Assembly (NCBI RefSeq): GCF_009914755.1
Contig: NC_060934.1
Reading direction: 5' to 3' (one strand)
Length of the DNA: 64,000 nucleotides
Source of the DNA: the human T2T-CHM13v2.0 reference genome, Homo sapiens
Below, one piece after another: positions 1-16,094 of the stretch. The notes under the pieces are model-generated. The model was not told the origin of the DNA. It saw only the letters and a list, made by a program, of their open reading frames with translations, and did no database searches. Each line of letters opens with the position of its first letter. The stretch's first letter is position 1. A program made the translations under genes and the position numbers.

Positions 1-358
1 AAGTAAATACATTGAAAATATTTAGAGACAGAGAACAAAACAGTGATTACTGAGGCAGGGGTAGAGAGTGAAGACGAAATGGGGACATGTGGGTCAGAGG
101 ATAGAAAGTGGTAGATATGTAGGATGAACGAGTCTAGAAATCTCATCTACAACATGAAGATCTTAGGTAATTAAATTGTGCTGTGTATAGAATTCACTGT
201 AAATGAGTAGATTTTAGCTGCTCTTGCCATGGGTAACTATGTGAAATGACGACTATGTTAATTTGTTTTCACTATAATAACCTTTTTACTATCTCTGTAT
301 ATCCCTTAACATGTTATATACCTTAAATATACATAAAAACGTTTATTTTTTTAAAAAG
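1..358 (+). mobile_element. L1MA-type LINE-1 3' end (cut by window start)
   Basis: Typical L1MA 3'UTR wording (gagtagattttagctgctcttgcca...ggtaactatgtgaaatga...taccttaaatatacataaa) ending in an A-rich tail. Confidence 0.8.
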
Positions 359-624
359 ATTACAGAAAAACATCTCTTTGAAGCTGGCACTGCTGATGAA
401 AACTAAAGCAATAGATGGAGAAAAGAGGACGATAAAGAAAATTTGGGCTGATATTCTCCAGAAAAGGAAAGGGTGGCCACCTTGTCAATGGATTTGTTGA
501 GCACCCATTATGTGTGGGAAGGGATTACCAAACGCTACAGAAATCTCTGTCTTGAGGTCATGTAACAGTCTATTGAGGGAACAAGGCACATATATACCAA
601 AATGATTTAAATAGCAAGGTAAGA

Positions 625-1345
625 GTAGCATAATAATTCTCAGCAGCTACTGAGCGTTGTATAGACATTGCTTATTTAATACTTACCAAATCAGCCCATG
701 AAGTAGATGGGTTTGTTAAAATGTATTTGCTGACTGGCAACAGAAAAGCCAAAAAAATATATACTGGCTTAAACAAGTAAGGAGGTTATTTATATCATGC
801 TACAAAAAGCCTAGAGTTTGTTGCCCTGGTTAGGACCACCTGGGACACAGTCTCCTCCATATTTCTGCTCTACAGCCCTTAGCTCCACAGTCATAGTTGC
901 TGCCCATTCAAGCATCACATCTGTGTGTAAAGCAGGATGAAGGATGGTGTAACGGGCGTGGGGCACTTATATAAGAAAAGGAATGTTTTCCCAGAAATTC
1001 AAGAATACTTCCTCTTATATACTATTAGCCAGAACAATGTCAGTAGGCTACCATCAGCTTTAAGGAAGCCAGTTGCTTGAGCATTTTAGCTGGGCACATT
1101 GTTACCCTGAACAAAACTGGGGCTCTATAAGAAGGAAAAATGAGGAGAGAACTTACATTGGGAACATAAATAGCAGTGTCTGCCATGGTGGGTTGACTAT
1201 GTCATTTTACAGATAATAAACTGAGGCTCAAAGAGGTTAAATGGTTTGCTCAATTTATCATACAACCAGCAAATAGCAGAGCCAGGGTTAAAACCCAGAT
1301 GTGAGTGAATCCAAAGTTTTTACTCGTAACTCCCATTCATTACTG
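625..1345 (-). mobile_element. MIR, split by an MLT1 LTR (MIR pieces ~625-710 and ~1195-1345)
   Basis: MIR core reverse complement cattttacagataataaactgaggctcaaagaggttaa at ~1203. Confidence 0.75.
711..1187 (-). mobile_element. MLT1 (J/K/L-like) MaLR solo LTR
   Basis: ggcttaaacaagtaaggaggttattt, cattttagctgggcacattg, ends gcagtgtctgccatg (reverse complement of the LTR start). Confidence 0.65.
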
Positions 1346-1589
1346 TCATGTGGCGCTTCAAATGAATGATATAAATAACTTGATGGTAAATGCAGGGTGG
1401 GAGTAGATCAATACGATTTTGGTAGGTAGAAAATAGGGAGTAAAATCATGCAGAGAGAAAGATTTTTCCTACTGTTGGAGGCCTTTGGGGGACAGGAAAA
1501 AGTCCAAATTGATTATCAGAGAGTTATTGTTAGGGAAGAATGGGAAGAAAGCTCAGAAAGAAGTGCTGGGACACCAGGCTTCCTTGATA

Positions 1590-2565
1590 GCTCCCAAGTA
1601 ACAAGTCCAAAATGGAATTTCTGATTTCTCTGTTCCCTAATCCACTTTATTCTCCATCTTTTCCCATCTCAGTAAAATTCACATTTATATGCCCAGCTGG
1701 TTAAACAGAAAATCTGAGGGTTGACATTCATCCTTCTGTTGCCCTCACTCTCACATCTGCAAGTTCTGAAGTATTTACCTCCAAAATATCTCTCACTATG
1801 TCCTTTCTGTCACTATCTCTGCCCCTTGCTCATCCAGCTTGCCACCAGCGTGTGCTTGAGAATGGAAACAGCCTCCTCCTAATGGGTCTGCTTGCTTCTT
1901 CTCTTGTCTCCTTTAGCCAGTTCTCCACTTGGCAATCTTGAATGAACTTTAAACATTGTAAGCCAGATCATATGACAGCATCCACTTAAAACCCTCCTGT
2001 GGTTTTTGTTGCACTTGGAAAGGACCCCAACTATGTCTTTGGCTTAGACCCCAGCTTTGTTTGTGACCCTGCACAGTCTAGTACTTCCTTACCTTTCCAA
2101 TCCCATCTTGCACCGCATTCACCTTTGCTCACTCTTGGGCTCCAATTACAGTAGCTTCTTTGCAATTGTTGAAATGCTTCTTGCCTTGCCCAAGATCCTT
2201 CTTTATGGTTTGGAGTACTTTACCCCTGGTCAACTCCTGTTTCTTCATATTTATGCTTAAACATCATCTCCTCAGGCGGGGTTCCCCACGTGCTCTCTCT
2301 AAATCCAGTCCCTCTTGTTCTTCTCTATCAGAAACTTAATGATTTCATTTTTTTTCACATTCAGATTACTTTCCTACATATGTAATTATACCTTTATTTG
2401 TTATTTGTTTACCTTTTTCTGGTCTGTCTCCCCTGCCCCCTATTAAGAACAATGAGGGCAGAAGCTGTATTTGTTTTGCTGCTGCTATATATCTGGTAAC
2501 ACAGTGCTTGGCACAGAGTAGGTGCTCAATAAATGTTTGAATGAATGAATGAGTGAATGAATAAA
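1590..2565 (+). mobile_element. L2 (L2a-like) 3' portion
   Basis: L2 ORF2-remnant phrases; 3' end cagtgcttggcacagagtaggtgctcaataaatgtttgaatgaatgaatga. Confidence 0.85.
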
Positions 2566-2643
2566 CAACTGACAAGATTGACTTGGCAAAGTCTCAAATG
2601 CCAGTAGAATGTGTTGCACACACAATTAGAAATAAAGCTTGTG

Positions 2644-3300
<657 letters not shown>

Positions 3301-3899
3301 GAAATAAAGCTTGTTAAAGCAATGTTTGACAAGAAGGATTCATTTTATTTACGAGAATCAAATCCAAATGGCAGGTGGGGGATGTCTCTATAGCAGTTAC
3401 CAGGATGGTCTCTGATAATTTTATGGAAACAATAAGAACTACATGTATTTAATTCTATTTTAATTTAACCATTCTATGTTCAGGGGGTAGAATTTTGATG
3501 ATGACAACTACTTCCTCTTCCCTGGAGCACTGTTGAGAAACATTGCCCAGTGTGGCCCTGGGGAGCAGTTTCTGTTCTGGCCTGATCTGGATTCCTCTTC
3601 TCCCAGCTTCTGCTGACCTCCTTCTGACTCTGATGCTGGTCCTTAACCGACACTTGTCCTTAACCTACGCTGCCTGCTCAGGAATCAGTCACTTCCTTCT
3701 TTCAGGGTCTTTATTACTTACTATTTGCGGATGATTCTTGGTGTCTGAAATGTGATTGCTCAAATTTCACTTTACATAAGTCTGCACCAGTTGATATTTA
3801 GAAAAGTTTTACTTCCCTCTAATATATGCGCAAAAAACTGCCTGCTTGTTCAACATCTATACCTGAGTTCTTTGCCTCAGTAATAACAAGGATGATATC

Positions 3900-4478
3900 T
3901 ACAGCAATAGTAACATAGCTTCTACTATTTAGTACTTACTATGTAAAAGGCATTGTGCTACTCCTTTGAGTAATTAACTTAATATTTTCCACAGGTGAAG
4001 AAGCTGAGGTATACAGCATGTATTAAATAGAGTGTGATAACTACTGTAACACACAAAGCCTTATTTTATTGCTCATGTCCATGTACCTTAGTGGTCAAGG
4101 GTGTCTACTCCACATAGTTATTCACGGATTCAGGCTCCTTTCATATGGGTCTCAGAATCCTCCCTTAGGTCCTCTGAATCTGGTGGCACTGACAAGACAA
4201 AGGAGAGAGGAAGTGGAGATCATACAAAAGGGTTTAGAACCCAGGCCTAGAAGTAGTGTATTCCTTCTGCTCAAATTTTATTGGCCAGGAATCAATTACA
4301 TGCCTTTGTTGAAATGCAAGGGGGCTGGGAAATATAATCTTCTTATACACCTAGGAGAAGAGGAAACAATTTTGGTGAGTATCTAGCCAGTCTCTGCCAC
4401 ACAGAAATTAAACAACTTGTCATACAATAAATAAGTGCAGATCTGGGACTCAAATACATATTGGTTGGACTAGAAGCC
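3900..4478 (-). mobile_element. MIR, split by an MLT1 LTR
   Basis: MIR pieces at ~3900-4016 (ttccacaggtgaagaagctgagg) and ~4402-4478. Confidence 0.65.
4019..4401 (-). mobile_element. MLT1 (I/J-like) solo LTR
   Basis: Starts tgtattaa, ends gtctctgccaca; internal ttttattggccaggaatcaattacatg; imperfect 5-bp TSD cagca/cagaa. Confidence 0.7.
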
Positions 4479-4993
4479 TAAGCTGTTAGGCACATGTCTA
4501 TCCTCTCTTTACCTGTATATGTACATTTTTTAATATAAAAACTTTTATATATATATGAAAATACATTTTTAAAGACTGTGCTGCAGCCACATGGTGAAAG
4601 CAAGTTTATAGTCTGCTCTTCGTCAGGAAGACTCACTACCTGATTAAGGGCCAGGCTGAAAATGTCTTCTTTGATGAGACAGAAAAATGCATGCTGTGAC
4701 ACTTCCTGTGTGAAGCCATATAACCTTCCTTTTCATGTCAGCAGCTCAGGGATCCTGTTCCTGCTTAACCTATTCCAGCCAGAGATCATGAGATCATATT
4801 AGACTAAGGACTTTGGACCTTATCCTGTGGCCAGCCTGCTAATGAAACTCTTAACTGGATGCATTTAAAATGCAAGTGATAGTCTCTCTTTGCTGTATGG
4901 GGAGGGCCTTACACCAGTGTAATGGGTATAACTTTGTTCTATAAGTTCAGGTGTGTAAAAAATGTACTTTACATTTTCCTTTAACTCAAATTA

Positions 4994-6173
<1,180 letters not shown>

Positions 6174-7352
6174 TAACCTCTCATTTGCACTCCCATTCCT
6201 TTGAGTATTGGAAATTAAATTTCAGTCAGTTAAGCACCACCTCTTCCCATGATTACCTTGCATTTCCTGGGGGCTTACGTATGGAAGCCCCTGAGATGAC
6301 CATCATTCGGCCTGGTTCCTGGTCCTCAGGCAACAGAGATCATTGCTAGGGACATTTCGTTCTCATCTCAGAGCTCTTTCAAAGCTGGCTGGCTCTTTCT
6401 GCTACTTCTGTGTCTCTCTTGGATGCAGTTCCTTGGACACAGGAACTTACTAAGGCTGATAAGGCCCTAGGCTTATCAGTGGGCCCTTGGGAGCATAAAA
6501 GGTATTCTGTCCCTCCATGTCCTGCTGGGTGGCTGGGTAGCTGAGTACTGGTAGAATTCACTCCTCGTGAGTGCTCTTAGGCATACAGGAATCCAGCCTC
6601 TCTTCTGCATCATTTTGGCATGGGGAAACTTAATTGCTTTGGGCTGCTTAGATCTCACATGGCCACATTTTCTCCTATGACATCTTGCAGCCTCCATGAC
6701 TTTACCTGGAGAAAGGGGCACACATATCATCAAGCCTGCATGGGGTTTGAGGCATTTCCCTTCCCATTCCCACAAGGTCAGTGGGTTGGGCCAGGCTGCA
6801 GGACCCACTGTCGGGGATCCACCGGTGTCCAGCTCTCTTAGCTTGCTTTCCACGTCTCCCTTTCATCCTAGTCTGGGCAATGTTTTCTAATATGGAGGGT
6901 CAGCTAGACTTTCTCTCAATTTATGTCCCAAATTCTTCTACTCCTCACTAGCTTTGGGCTCTAAAACCCAGGCCAAGAACAGAATTGTGGTTTTCCTTTC
7001 TAAGACAGGGTCTCATTTTGAGATAGGGTCTTAGGTTTTCCTTTCTTTTTGAACAAGTGGTTCTGAATGCACAGCTCACTGAATGGAAGAAAGGTCTGAG
7101 TGAAAAGAAACATGATAAAACCACACTGAGGAGCATTTCAAAATACTTTCCTAATGCAAATTCTTACAGTGCCTACTCTTTCACTCTTATTTTAACATGT
7201 TCTTTTTGGTCAGTTTCTTACATTGCTTGTTTTCTATATCAGCAACCTGGTGGCTGATTTCAATGATCCATCAAGGCTCCTTCCATTTATTTTCCCTAAT
7301 CACCTCAGTAACCAGGGTGAAGGTATAGCCATTCTCTTCCGCCTCTTCTCTC

Positions 7353-8220
<868 letters not shown>

Positions 8221-9369
8221 CACAGGCTGTACTTGATGTTTCCAGTGGGGAAAAAAATCCAACTGCTGCTGATGCAAGAACATTGTATATCCTCACAAAG
8301 GCAAGACTGATGATACAAAAAATATAAAGCCAAAATCTTTGTCTGTTCTTTCCCCCTTTATCGATAGTTATAATAACTTCTCTGAGAGCAGTATATACTA
8401 TTTGAGTGGAAGATTTCCACAGGCTTCTTTCGTTCACCTCCAGCTTCCTTAGATCTTGACGGCTTTTTCTGATCTCGTAACAATAATTTGCCATTTATCC
8501 ATAGGAGGAGATGTTCTGTACCTACAAGTGGAAAGTCTGACTCAAATAGTTACTTCTAAAGTTATATTATTTTAAAATCTAAGCTGAAGTTCCATGGTGG
8601 ATTTAACTTTGAAGAAACACCCAAAGCCAATCCATTCAAAGCATTGTGTTCTCCAAGCAGCTACTGTAGGTGGCTGAGCTCATACTCCAACAATGTGTCA
8701 TCACTCCAGATGTCTTAGGCCTCCTCTTCTGAAACTACTGTCAAAATCTCTGGCACGTTTTTGAATATCCTCAATGAAGAAAAATCTTAATCTTTTTTGA
8801 GGAAGAATTGGATCTTTTGAAACTTTCAGTAGTTTTCAGAATCTAACTGAGTGGACAATGAGATGAGTGGGAAAATGGGCAAGATTTAAAAAAATAAATC
8901 ACCACAGTACTATTACAAAACCATGAGGCTGATTTTCTTGTGTGACTAGTAAATAGCACAGAATATGAAAACAATTCTCCCAGAGTAAGGAGTCAGATTT
9001 TAAGCTGCAGTAGATCATTAGGATATGAACATTAAGGAACCTGATGGCCAGGTTGAGACACTTATACTCTGAAGTGTATGTGTATATATTTAATTTAGGC
9101 TCATTCCTTATGAGTGATGCCATTTAAATGAAAACATGTGCATATTTTTAAAGAAAACTCAGCTTGAGATAAAGAAATAAAACAAAATCTATGTATTGAC
9201 ATTCATGGGCTTAATTAATTATAACAGTCCAGGGAGGACTCTGCGTCTTTTAAAACAATGTCATTTTATTCATTTAAAATAAGTACTACATACTTTTTAT
9301 ACAGAATTTGGAAAATCCAGAAATTTCTTTACTCAGAGCTATTCCCTCATAATATATATATTTTTAATA

Positions 9370-9670
9370 TACTTAATTTTTTAGAGCAGTTTTAGGTTCA
9401 CAGCAAAATTGAGCAGGTCAGAGAGTTCTCATATACCCACTTCCCTAACACGTGCAGATCCTCCCCCATTATCAACATTTCCTGCCAGAGTAGACATTTG
9501 TTACAACTGATGAACCTGCATCAAGATAACATTATCATCCAAAGTCCATAGTTTACAGTGGGGTTCATTCTTGTATATAGCATGAGTTTGGACAAATGTA
9601 TAATGACATGTATCCACCAAAGTATGACATAGAATAGTTTCATTGCCCGCCAAATCTACCACGCTCCATC
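9370..9670 (-). mobile_element. L1MC-type 3' end
   Basis: ttttagagcagttttaggttcacagcaaaattgagc...ttgttacaactgatgaacc...caaagtccatagtttaca. Confidence 0.8.
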
Positions 9671-9693
9671 TCTTCATTATATTTTGATCTAAA

Positions 9694-10123
9694 TATACCT
9701 TAGATTGGGTTCTCTGGAAACAGACTCTGAGAATTGCCTGCTGAATGCTTACTGGGAGCATGCTTTCAGGAGATGCTCCTTGTAAGAAAGTAAGGAAGGA
9801 CCGCGCTGTGCAGAGGAGAATCTGACTCCAGATGCAGTTGCAACTGAGACTCAGCCAATCATGGAGGGAGCTGTGGAGCTGGGACGGCCCTTTAGAATTG
9901 ACCCAAAGTAAAGTAACTGGCCCGGCTTTTGTATCCTTGCATCAGTGAGTCATTGGCCCCCTAGAGGGGCTAATTCTGGATGATTCTATTTTTTGGGGCC
10001 AAGGACAATTCCCAATAGGGGATGCAGCTGTGTGCTATCAGCAGTGATATTCCCAGCAGCTGGAGAGGGACAGGTACTTCACAAAGGGGAGTTGGGCAAA
10101 GACTGCATTCGGTATCCACTGCA
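9694..10123 (-). mobile_element. LTR16-family (ERVL) solo LTR
   Basis: ttgggttctctggaaacagactctgag...tcagccaatc...cccagcagctgg; ends atccactgca (reverse complement tgcagtggat). Confidence 0.75.
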
Positions 10124-10483
10124 ATGTCATGTTAAAATTGGGATCATACAGTCCATGCAACTTCTCCACCTACTTTTTCACTCAACACTATTTGATGAAT
10201 TTTTCCCATTTTGTTAACCTCTCTTTGAAATCAACATTTTAAATATCTGCTTATTTTATCATATGAAAGTATCATTTATTTAACTGTTCTCTTATTGTTG
10301 AACAATTAATTTTTGACACATTTTCACTATAATAAATAATATAATGAACATCTTTATATCTTTGTAATATACATGATACTAATAAAAATAAACTGTATTT
10401 AATTGAGAATGCTTACTATTGACTATGTCAGGCCAATATCTTTCTTGCCTTCCTTGTGGAGTTTTTACGAGAAATAAATGAGA

Positions 10484-10776
10484 GGCTGGATGCGGTGGGT
10501 CACGCCTTTAATCCCAGCACTTTGGGAGACCAAGGCAGGCAGGTCACTTAAGGTCAGGAGTTCAAGGCCAGCCTGGCCAACATGGTGAAACATGGTCTCT
10601 ACTAAAATACAAATATGAGCAGAGCATGGTGGTGTGTGCCTGTAATCCTAGCTACTCAGGAGGCTGAGGCGTGAGAACCTCTTGAACCTGCGAGTGGAGG
10701 TTGCAGTGAGCCAAGATTGCACCAGTGCTCTCCAGCCTGGTTGAAAGAGAGAGACTCGGTCTCAAAAAAAAAAAAA
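10484..10776 (+). mobile_element. AluS (Sx/Sz-like), diverged
   Basis: Dimeric Alu with poly-A; TSD-like gagaaataaatg / gagaaaataaatg. Confidence 0.9.
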
Positions 10777-10789
10777 GAGAGAAAATAAA

Positions 10790-10970
10790 TGTAAATTATG
10801 TTGCACTTTTAAACTCATTTGATGTTAACTTTGTGATGCAGAGACCATTGTCATCTCCATTTTTCAGATGAGGAAACTTAGGCACAGAGGTTAAGTAGAT
10901 CATCTAAGTGAGCATTAGAATAGTACAGGCACTATAAATCCAGAGTTTGAGCAAAACATGATACTATTTC
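10790..10970 (-). mobile_element. MIR
   Basis: ccatttttcagatgaggaaacttaggcacagaggttaagt. Confidence 0.8.
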
Positions 10971-11939
10971 CCTCATCCTGCTTTTCTGGTGCTTTTCCTA
11001 AGTTTATAACCTTAGAAGGAGAATTCCATAGTCAAGGGCTTGACTTACTTTAAAGCTCATGATAAGAATTGCCAGGTTATTTCCCAGAAGTAATGAGAAC
11101 TTCCACCAGCAGAGTATGAGGGTTTTATTTCTCCATAGTCAACAACAAAGAACCCAAATTCTTAATTAGAACCATGATAAAGAATAAGTAATCTATTTTC
11201 TTGTCTTCCCTCAGGCATTATGAACATTCATTGTTCTTAAGCAGGCCTTTCCCTGGTTTGTTAGCATGCTCAATTATTTCAAGATCATCTTCTAAGTGTT
11301 CACTAAAATGGATGACATACATTTCAGAGAAGAATTTTTTGTTTGTGGAACGAATGCATGAATGAGGACAAGGAGAGGCCTGGATCACAACTTTGTACTG
11401 GAATATCAGGAGTTGTGTAAAGCAAGGAAGCGGAGACTCTGCAGAACAAAGCCCCTTCAAGACAAGGAAGTGATTTGTGACAATTGACCATTTTTCACAT
11501 ACTCTTCATTGGGGTCTTTTAAAATCTCAGTTGAATTCCTTATGTAATAAGCACTCATTGCAGTCCCTTTACCTGCCAGACTCTATCATGTGCTTGAAAA
11601 CATTGATGTTTAATTCTGGAAGGAATTCAGGGTCATGTGATCCCATCCCTTATGACACAGAGGAGGAGCTTCAAGCCAGTGCCACCTCGTTGGGGCCTTT
11701 CCCTCTCCTGGGGGTGGACTGTAGGAGATGTGGGGAGGGGAGGATGGTTCTGTTTTCCTCCATTCAAGGTCAGAGGAACTCTTCAGAAATGTCTTAGAAG
11801 GCAGTCAGAGTTATTTTGTATTATTTTAGCATTGACTTAGACTGATCTTACCCTCACATAACTCCATAGTTAGTTCATTTCTGAATTCTGAGAGATTTCT
11901 TTGGAAACCCACAGTTTTTCCCTCACTTCTAAGCTTTGG

Positions 11940-12300
11940 CAACCTCTTTAAGTTCATTTACTTGCCATTCCCTCTACCATATAGGTTGTTGTGAGGCTGA
12001 AATGAACCCAAAGTATTTAAAATTCTTACAGTAATACTTACAAACAGTAAACAATTTATAAATATTGACTTTGGTTTCCTCCCTTCTTCTCTGCTCCCCA
12101 TTTTCCTCCTTCCCAGAATGGTGTATAGCTGTGAGATATTTCTGAACCTCAACTTCCTCATCTAAAAATCATAAATTATACTTTACTATATATTCACCAC
12201 ACAGGGTTTTAGTGGGGATCAAATGAGGTAATCCATCTAAAGCAACTTTCACAGCACCTGGCGCAGAGCGGGCAGTCAATAATTTGTAGCTGGGATTACT
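11940..12300 (+). mobile_element. Two MIR fragments
   Basis: ataggttgttgtgaggctgaaatga; tctgaacctcaacttcctcatctaaaa...ggatcaaatgaggtaat. Confidence 0.65.
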
Positions 12301-12409
12301 TTAAAACCTGTTAATGTGCTTTAAGTCAGTTATCGAATTTTCTGCGCTGTCTAAAAGAATGAATCATATGCACTTGATTAATTTTCAGCCCTGTTGAATT
12401 TATTTCTTT

Positions 12410-13235
12410 TCTGCTCAGCTTTCCTGAGGTACAATTGACAAATTAAAATTGTGTATATTTAAGGTGTACTATGTGATGTTTTGATATACAGTAGTTCCCC
12501 CTAATTCATGGTTTTTCTTTGCATGGTTTCAGTTACTCACAGTCAACTGAGGTCTGAAAATCAGTGAATATAGTACAATAAAATATTTTGAGAAAGAGCG
12601 AGAGAGACCACCTTCATATAACTTTCATTATAGTATATTGTTATAATTGTTTATTTTTTTGCTAGTTTTCATTGTTACTATCTTACAGTGCCTAGTTTAT
12701 AAGTTAAACTTTATCATAGATATGTATGTGCAGGACAAAACATAGTACATGTAGGGCTAAGTATTATCTGTGGTTTGAGGCACCCACTGGAGATCTTGGA
12801 ACATATTCCCCTTGGATAAGGGGGGACAATTATATGCATAGGTTTGGAGTGATTTCACAATTAACATATCTGTCACCTCATACAGTTATTTTTTTTTTAT
12901 GATTAGAACACTTAAGACCTGCTCTCTTGGCAAGTTTCAAGCATACAGTCTAGTATTAACTGTAGTTACCAGGTTGTATATTAGATCTATAGAACTTACG
13001 TCTTTTATGACTGAAATTTGGTACCCTTTGACCAAAATCTCCTCCCTGTATTGTATCCTGCATCCCCTGACCACCTTTCTACGCTCTGTTTCTATGAGTT
13101 TGATTTGTTTAGAATTCATATGTAAGTGATATCATGCATTGTTTGTCTTTCTGTGTCTGGCTTACTTTACTCTGCATAATGTCCTCTGGGTTCATCCATG
13201 TTGTCTCAAATGGTAGAATTTTCCTTGTTTTTTCA
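12410..13235 (-). mobile_element. L1MA (MA8-10-like) 3' end, interrupted by MER44A
   Basis: ORF 13109-13351(-) contains the L1 ORF2 C-terminal motif ILPFETTWMNPEDIMQSKVSQTQKDKQCMISL; typical L1MA 3'UTR. Confidence 0.85.
12489..12832 (+). mobile_element. MER44A (Tigger7-derived) DNA transposon
   Basis: TIRs cagtagttcccccta... / ...ggataaggggggacaatta, flanked by TA. Confidence 0.85.
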
Positions 13236-13399
13236 GTTAGCTCTGTTGAATTTAGATAAAGTATAAAGTTGATATAGAACGAGCATAACATAGATTTCAT
13301 GGATGAGGTTAATTTCAGCCCTGTTATCTTCAATTTCTGTGTTTTTCTCATCTCTTTTTAAAATTTTTTTTCTTTCCCTTTCTCTTAGTCTCTATTGTT

Positions 13400-13900
13400 T
13401 TCTATTCATGATAACTGAAGTTCCCTTTTCCTATGGTTCAGTTTGAGTAGTAACTTGTGCCAGTGATAAGCAACTGAAATGACTGATGCCAGGCCATTGG
13501 CCTCTTGGTTGCTGAATATGTCAGATTCATTCTCCTGGCATCTGGACACTGCTGGACCCTCTTTTCCTGGGCCCGAGGAACAGCATTCCCTCTTTTTTTT
13601 TCCCTGTCTCTCTTCTCTGTAAAAAGGCCCCTCAGGGGCTTTTCCTCTTCCTTTACTACTGCTAAGTTCAGAAGTGCCCTGAATTTCCTGTGCAACTGTC
13701 TTCTCTCCTCACCTCCTACTCTTTCTGGGTAAGCTTCTCTCTTCCTGTGAGGGCTTCATCTGTATTGTGTTAAGCCCCAAATCTGTGCCTCTGACCTAGA
13801 CTTCTCAGCAATGTTTAGTGAGAGGACATCTCATCTTGGGTATGCCACTGGCCAGTCCAACTCAATGGGTAGAGAATGAACCCATCATCGTTTTCCCCCA
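13400..13900 (+). mobile_element. Diverged L2 fragment
   Basis: Pyrimidine-rich L2 ORF2-like phrases (ccccaaatctgtgcctctgacctagacttctc, gacatctcatcttgggtatgcc). Confidence 0.5.
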
Positions 13901-14152
13901 AACCAGCTCTACAACTCCAGCCCACAACCACTCTGCAACCACTAGTGCAAAGGTTGGTAGTTCAGAGGACACAATAGAGGGAATAAATGATGTATTTTGA
14001 CTTTTCCAACTAGACTCTCACTTTAAAAATGTCATCTTCTCTATAAATACTGATTCAACCCATAATTCTTTTCTCTGCACCTATCTATGTTATATTATAG
14101 AATTGATTTTATTCTATTGCTGTGCTTCATTTATGTTTCTTTCCTTTTAGAC

Positions 14153-14375
14153 CAGGGGTCAGTAGAATTTTTTGGTAAAGGGCCAGAGAGTAAATATTTT
14201 AGGCTTTACAGGCCATATGGTCTCTGTTGCAACTACTCAACTCTGCGGTTTTAGTGTGAAATCAGCCATAGACAAAACAAATGGATGAGCGTGGCTGTGT
14301 TCCAATAAAACTTTATTTACTGAAACAGGCAGTGGGCTGGATCTGGCCCACAAGCCAAGAGTTTACCGACCCCTG
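14153..14375 (+). mobile_element. MER58A (hAT-Charlie)
   Basis: TIRs caggggtc...gacccctg; internal ggctgtgttccaataaaactttattt; 8-bp TSD ttttagac/gtctagac. Confidence 0.9.
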
Positions 14376-14540
14376 GTCTAGACTGTGGACTCCTAGAGAG
14401 TTACTTCATAAGAATTTAGAGTTTAGAGAGCCTTTTACCTGCCAGATGATGCTAGAGGTCTGAGAATCTAGAGACAAATGCTCTTCAGTTCCTGACCTCA
14501 GGGATCTCCCATGGAGACCAAGCGTGTGCTGTGGTTGAGG

Positions 14541-15445
14541 TGCAGATTAGTCTCCTAGGGCTGTCCTAACAAAGTGTCACAACTGGGAGGCTCTAAATAA
14601 TAGAAATGTATTCCTCACAGCTCTGGAGGCTAGATGTCTGAAATCAGGGTGATGGCAGAGTTGGGTCCTTCTGGGTGCTGTGAGGGTGAGTCGGGCCCAT
14701 GCCTCTCTTCCAGCTTCTCGTGGCTCCTTGACTTTGTAGATGCATCACTCCAATCCTCTACCTATACCTGGAGTTCTCCATGTGTCGTTCCTTTGTACAT
14801 CTGTCTCTGTGTCCAAATTTTCTTTCTTTCTTTCTTCCTTTTTTTTTTTTTTTTGAGAAGGAGTCTTGCTGTGTTGCTCAGGCTGGAGTGCAGTGGCACA
14901 ATCTTGGCTCACTGCAGCCTCTGCTCCCTGGGTTCAAGGAATTCTCCTGCCTCATCCTCCAGAGCAGCTGGGATTACACATGTGTGCCACCATGCCCAGC
15001 TAATTTTTGTATTTTTAGTAGAAATAAGGTTTCACCATGTTGGCCAGGCTGGTCTCGAACTCCTGACTTCAAGTGATCCGCCCGCTTTGGGGCCTCCCAA
15101 AGTGCTGGGATTACAGGCGTGTGCCACCACATCTGGCAAATTTTTTATTTTTAGTAGAGACGGGGTTTCACCCTGTTGGCCAAGCTGGTCTCGAACTCCT
15201 GACTTCAAGTGATTTGCCCTCCGTGGCCTCCCAAAGTGCTGGAATTACAGGCGTGAGCCACTGTGCTTGGCCTCCAAGTTTTCTTATTTTATCAGGACAC
15301 TAGTCAGATTAGGGACCACCCTAATGACCTCATTTTAACTTGATTACTTCTGTAATCTGTAAGATTCTGTTTCCAAATAAGGTCACACACAAAGAGTCAG
15401 GACTTCACAATATCATCTTTGAGGGACACAGTTCAATCCATAATA
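14541..15445 (-). mobile_element. MLT1 (B/C-like) solo LTR interrupted by a trimeric Alu
   Basis: ctcacagctctggaggctagatgtctgaaatcagg before the Alu; ccaccctaatgacctcattttaacttgattac...ttccaaataaggtcac after it. Confidence 0.85.
14822..15272 (-). mobile_element. AluS (Sz-like) with a duplicated left arm (left-left-right trimer)
   Basis: Two consecutive left-arm copies (~15003-15137 and ~15138-15272) plus one right arm and a poly-T tail. Confidence 0.9.
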
Positions 15446-16094
15446 AGGTGTATATATTAATATTTACCATTTGTATACCAAGAGAACTGAGGTGAGGAGG
15501 ATTCATCCTGCTAAACAATGGGGGAGAAGAAAACGGAGGGCACAAAAACCAACACAACATTTGGCCTGGATGGATGACTAATATCTTGCTAGACTACAGA
15601 AATAGGAAAGGAAATTCCAGGTTGAGCAAACAACTTGAGCAAATGCAGGAGGGCAGGATCATAAGAACAAGAAATGTCTTTTGAATAATTACCCTGGTAC
15701 AGCTGCAAAATGGTGAGGTTGGTAGAAGGGGCTCAAGTTGATTCTAGAAAGATAAGCTGGGGCAAGACCAAATGTGTGTAGGCTTCAAGAGCTGCTTGCA
15801 TGATGTTTGTTGACTGAATGAAGTATCGAAGTCGAAAATGGGAACAGTGGTTGTGACAAATTCTTGGCTACGAAATCCCTTTCATTCAGTCTCTGGGGGC
15901 TAATTGTTGCAAGTACTTGTCAGCGTCTGGACCACTATCCTGCAATCTCTTTCACCAGTGCACTTGGGTTCACAGCTCCCTCGTAATTTTTATGCTTCCT
16001 TATGTGTTAGAAGAATGCAATGACAGTATAACTGAAGGTCTAGCCCATAAGCAAATATTCTCTGATGGAAATATGCAATATGTTTGTCTTTTGG

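Noticed and set aside
13109-13351. ORFs resembling L1 ORF2 (also 56560-57059)
   Set aside because: Short decayed fragments of 5'-truncated L1s; cannot encode a functional protein
14634-15212. 192-aa ORF (longest in the track) and other ORFs with [18 protein letters not shown] motifs
   Set aside because: These are translations of MLT1 and antisense Alu sequence, a well-known artefact, not genes
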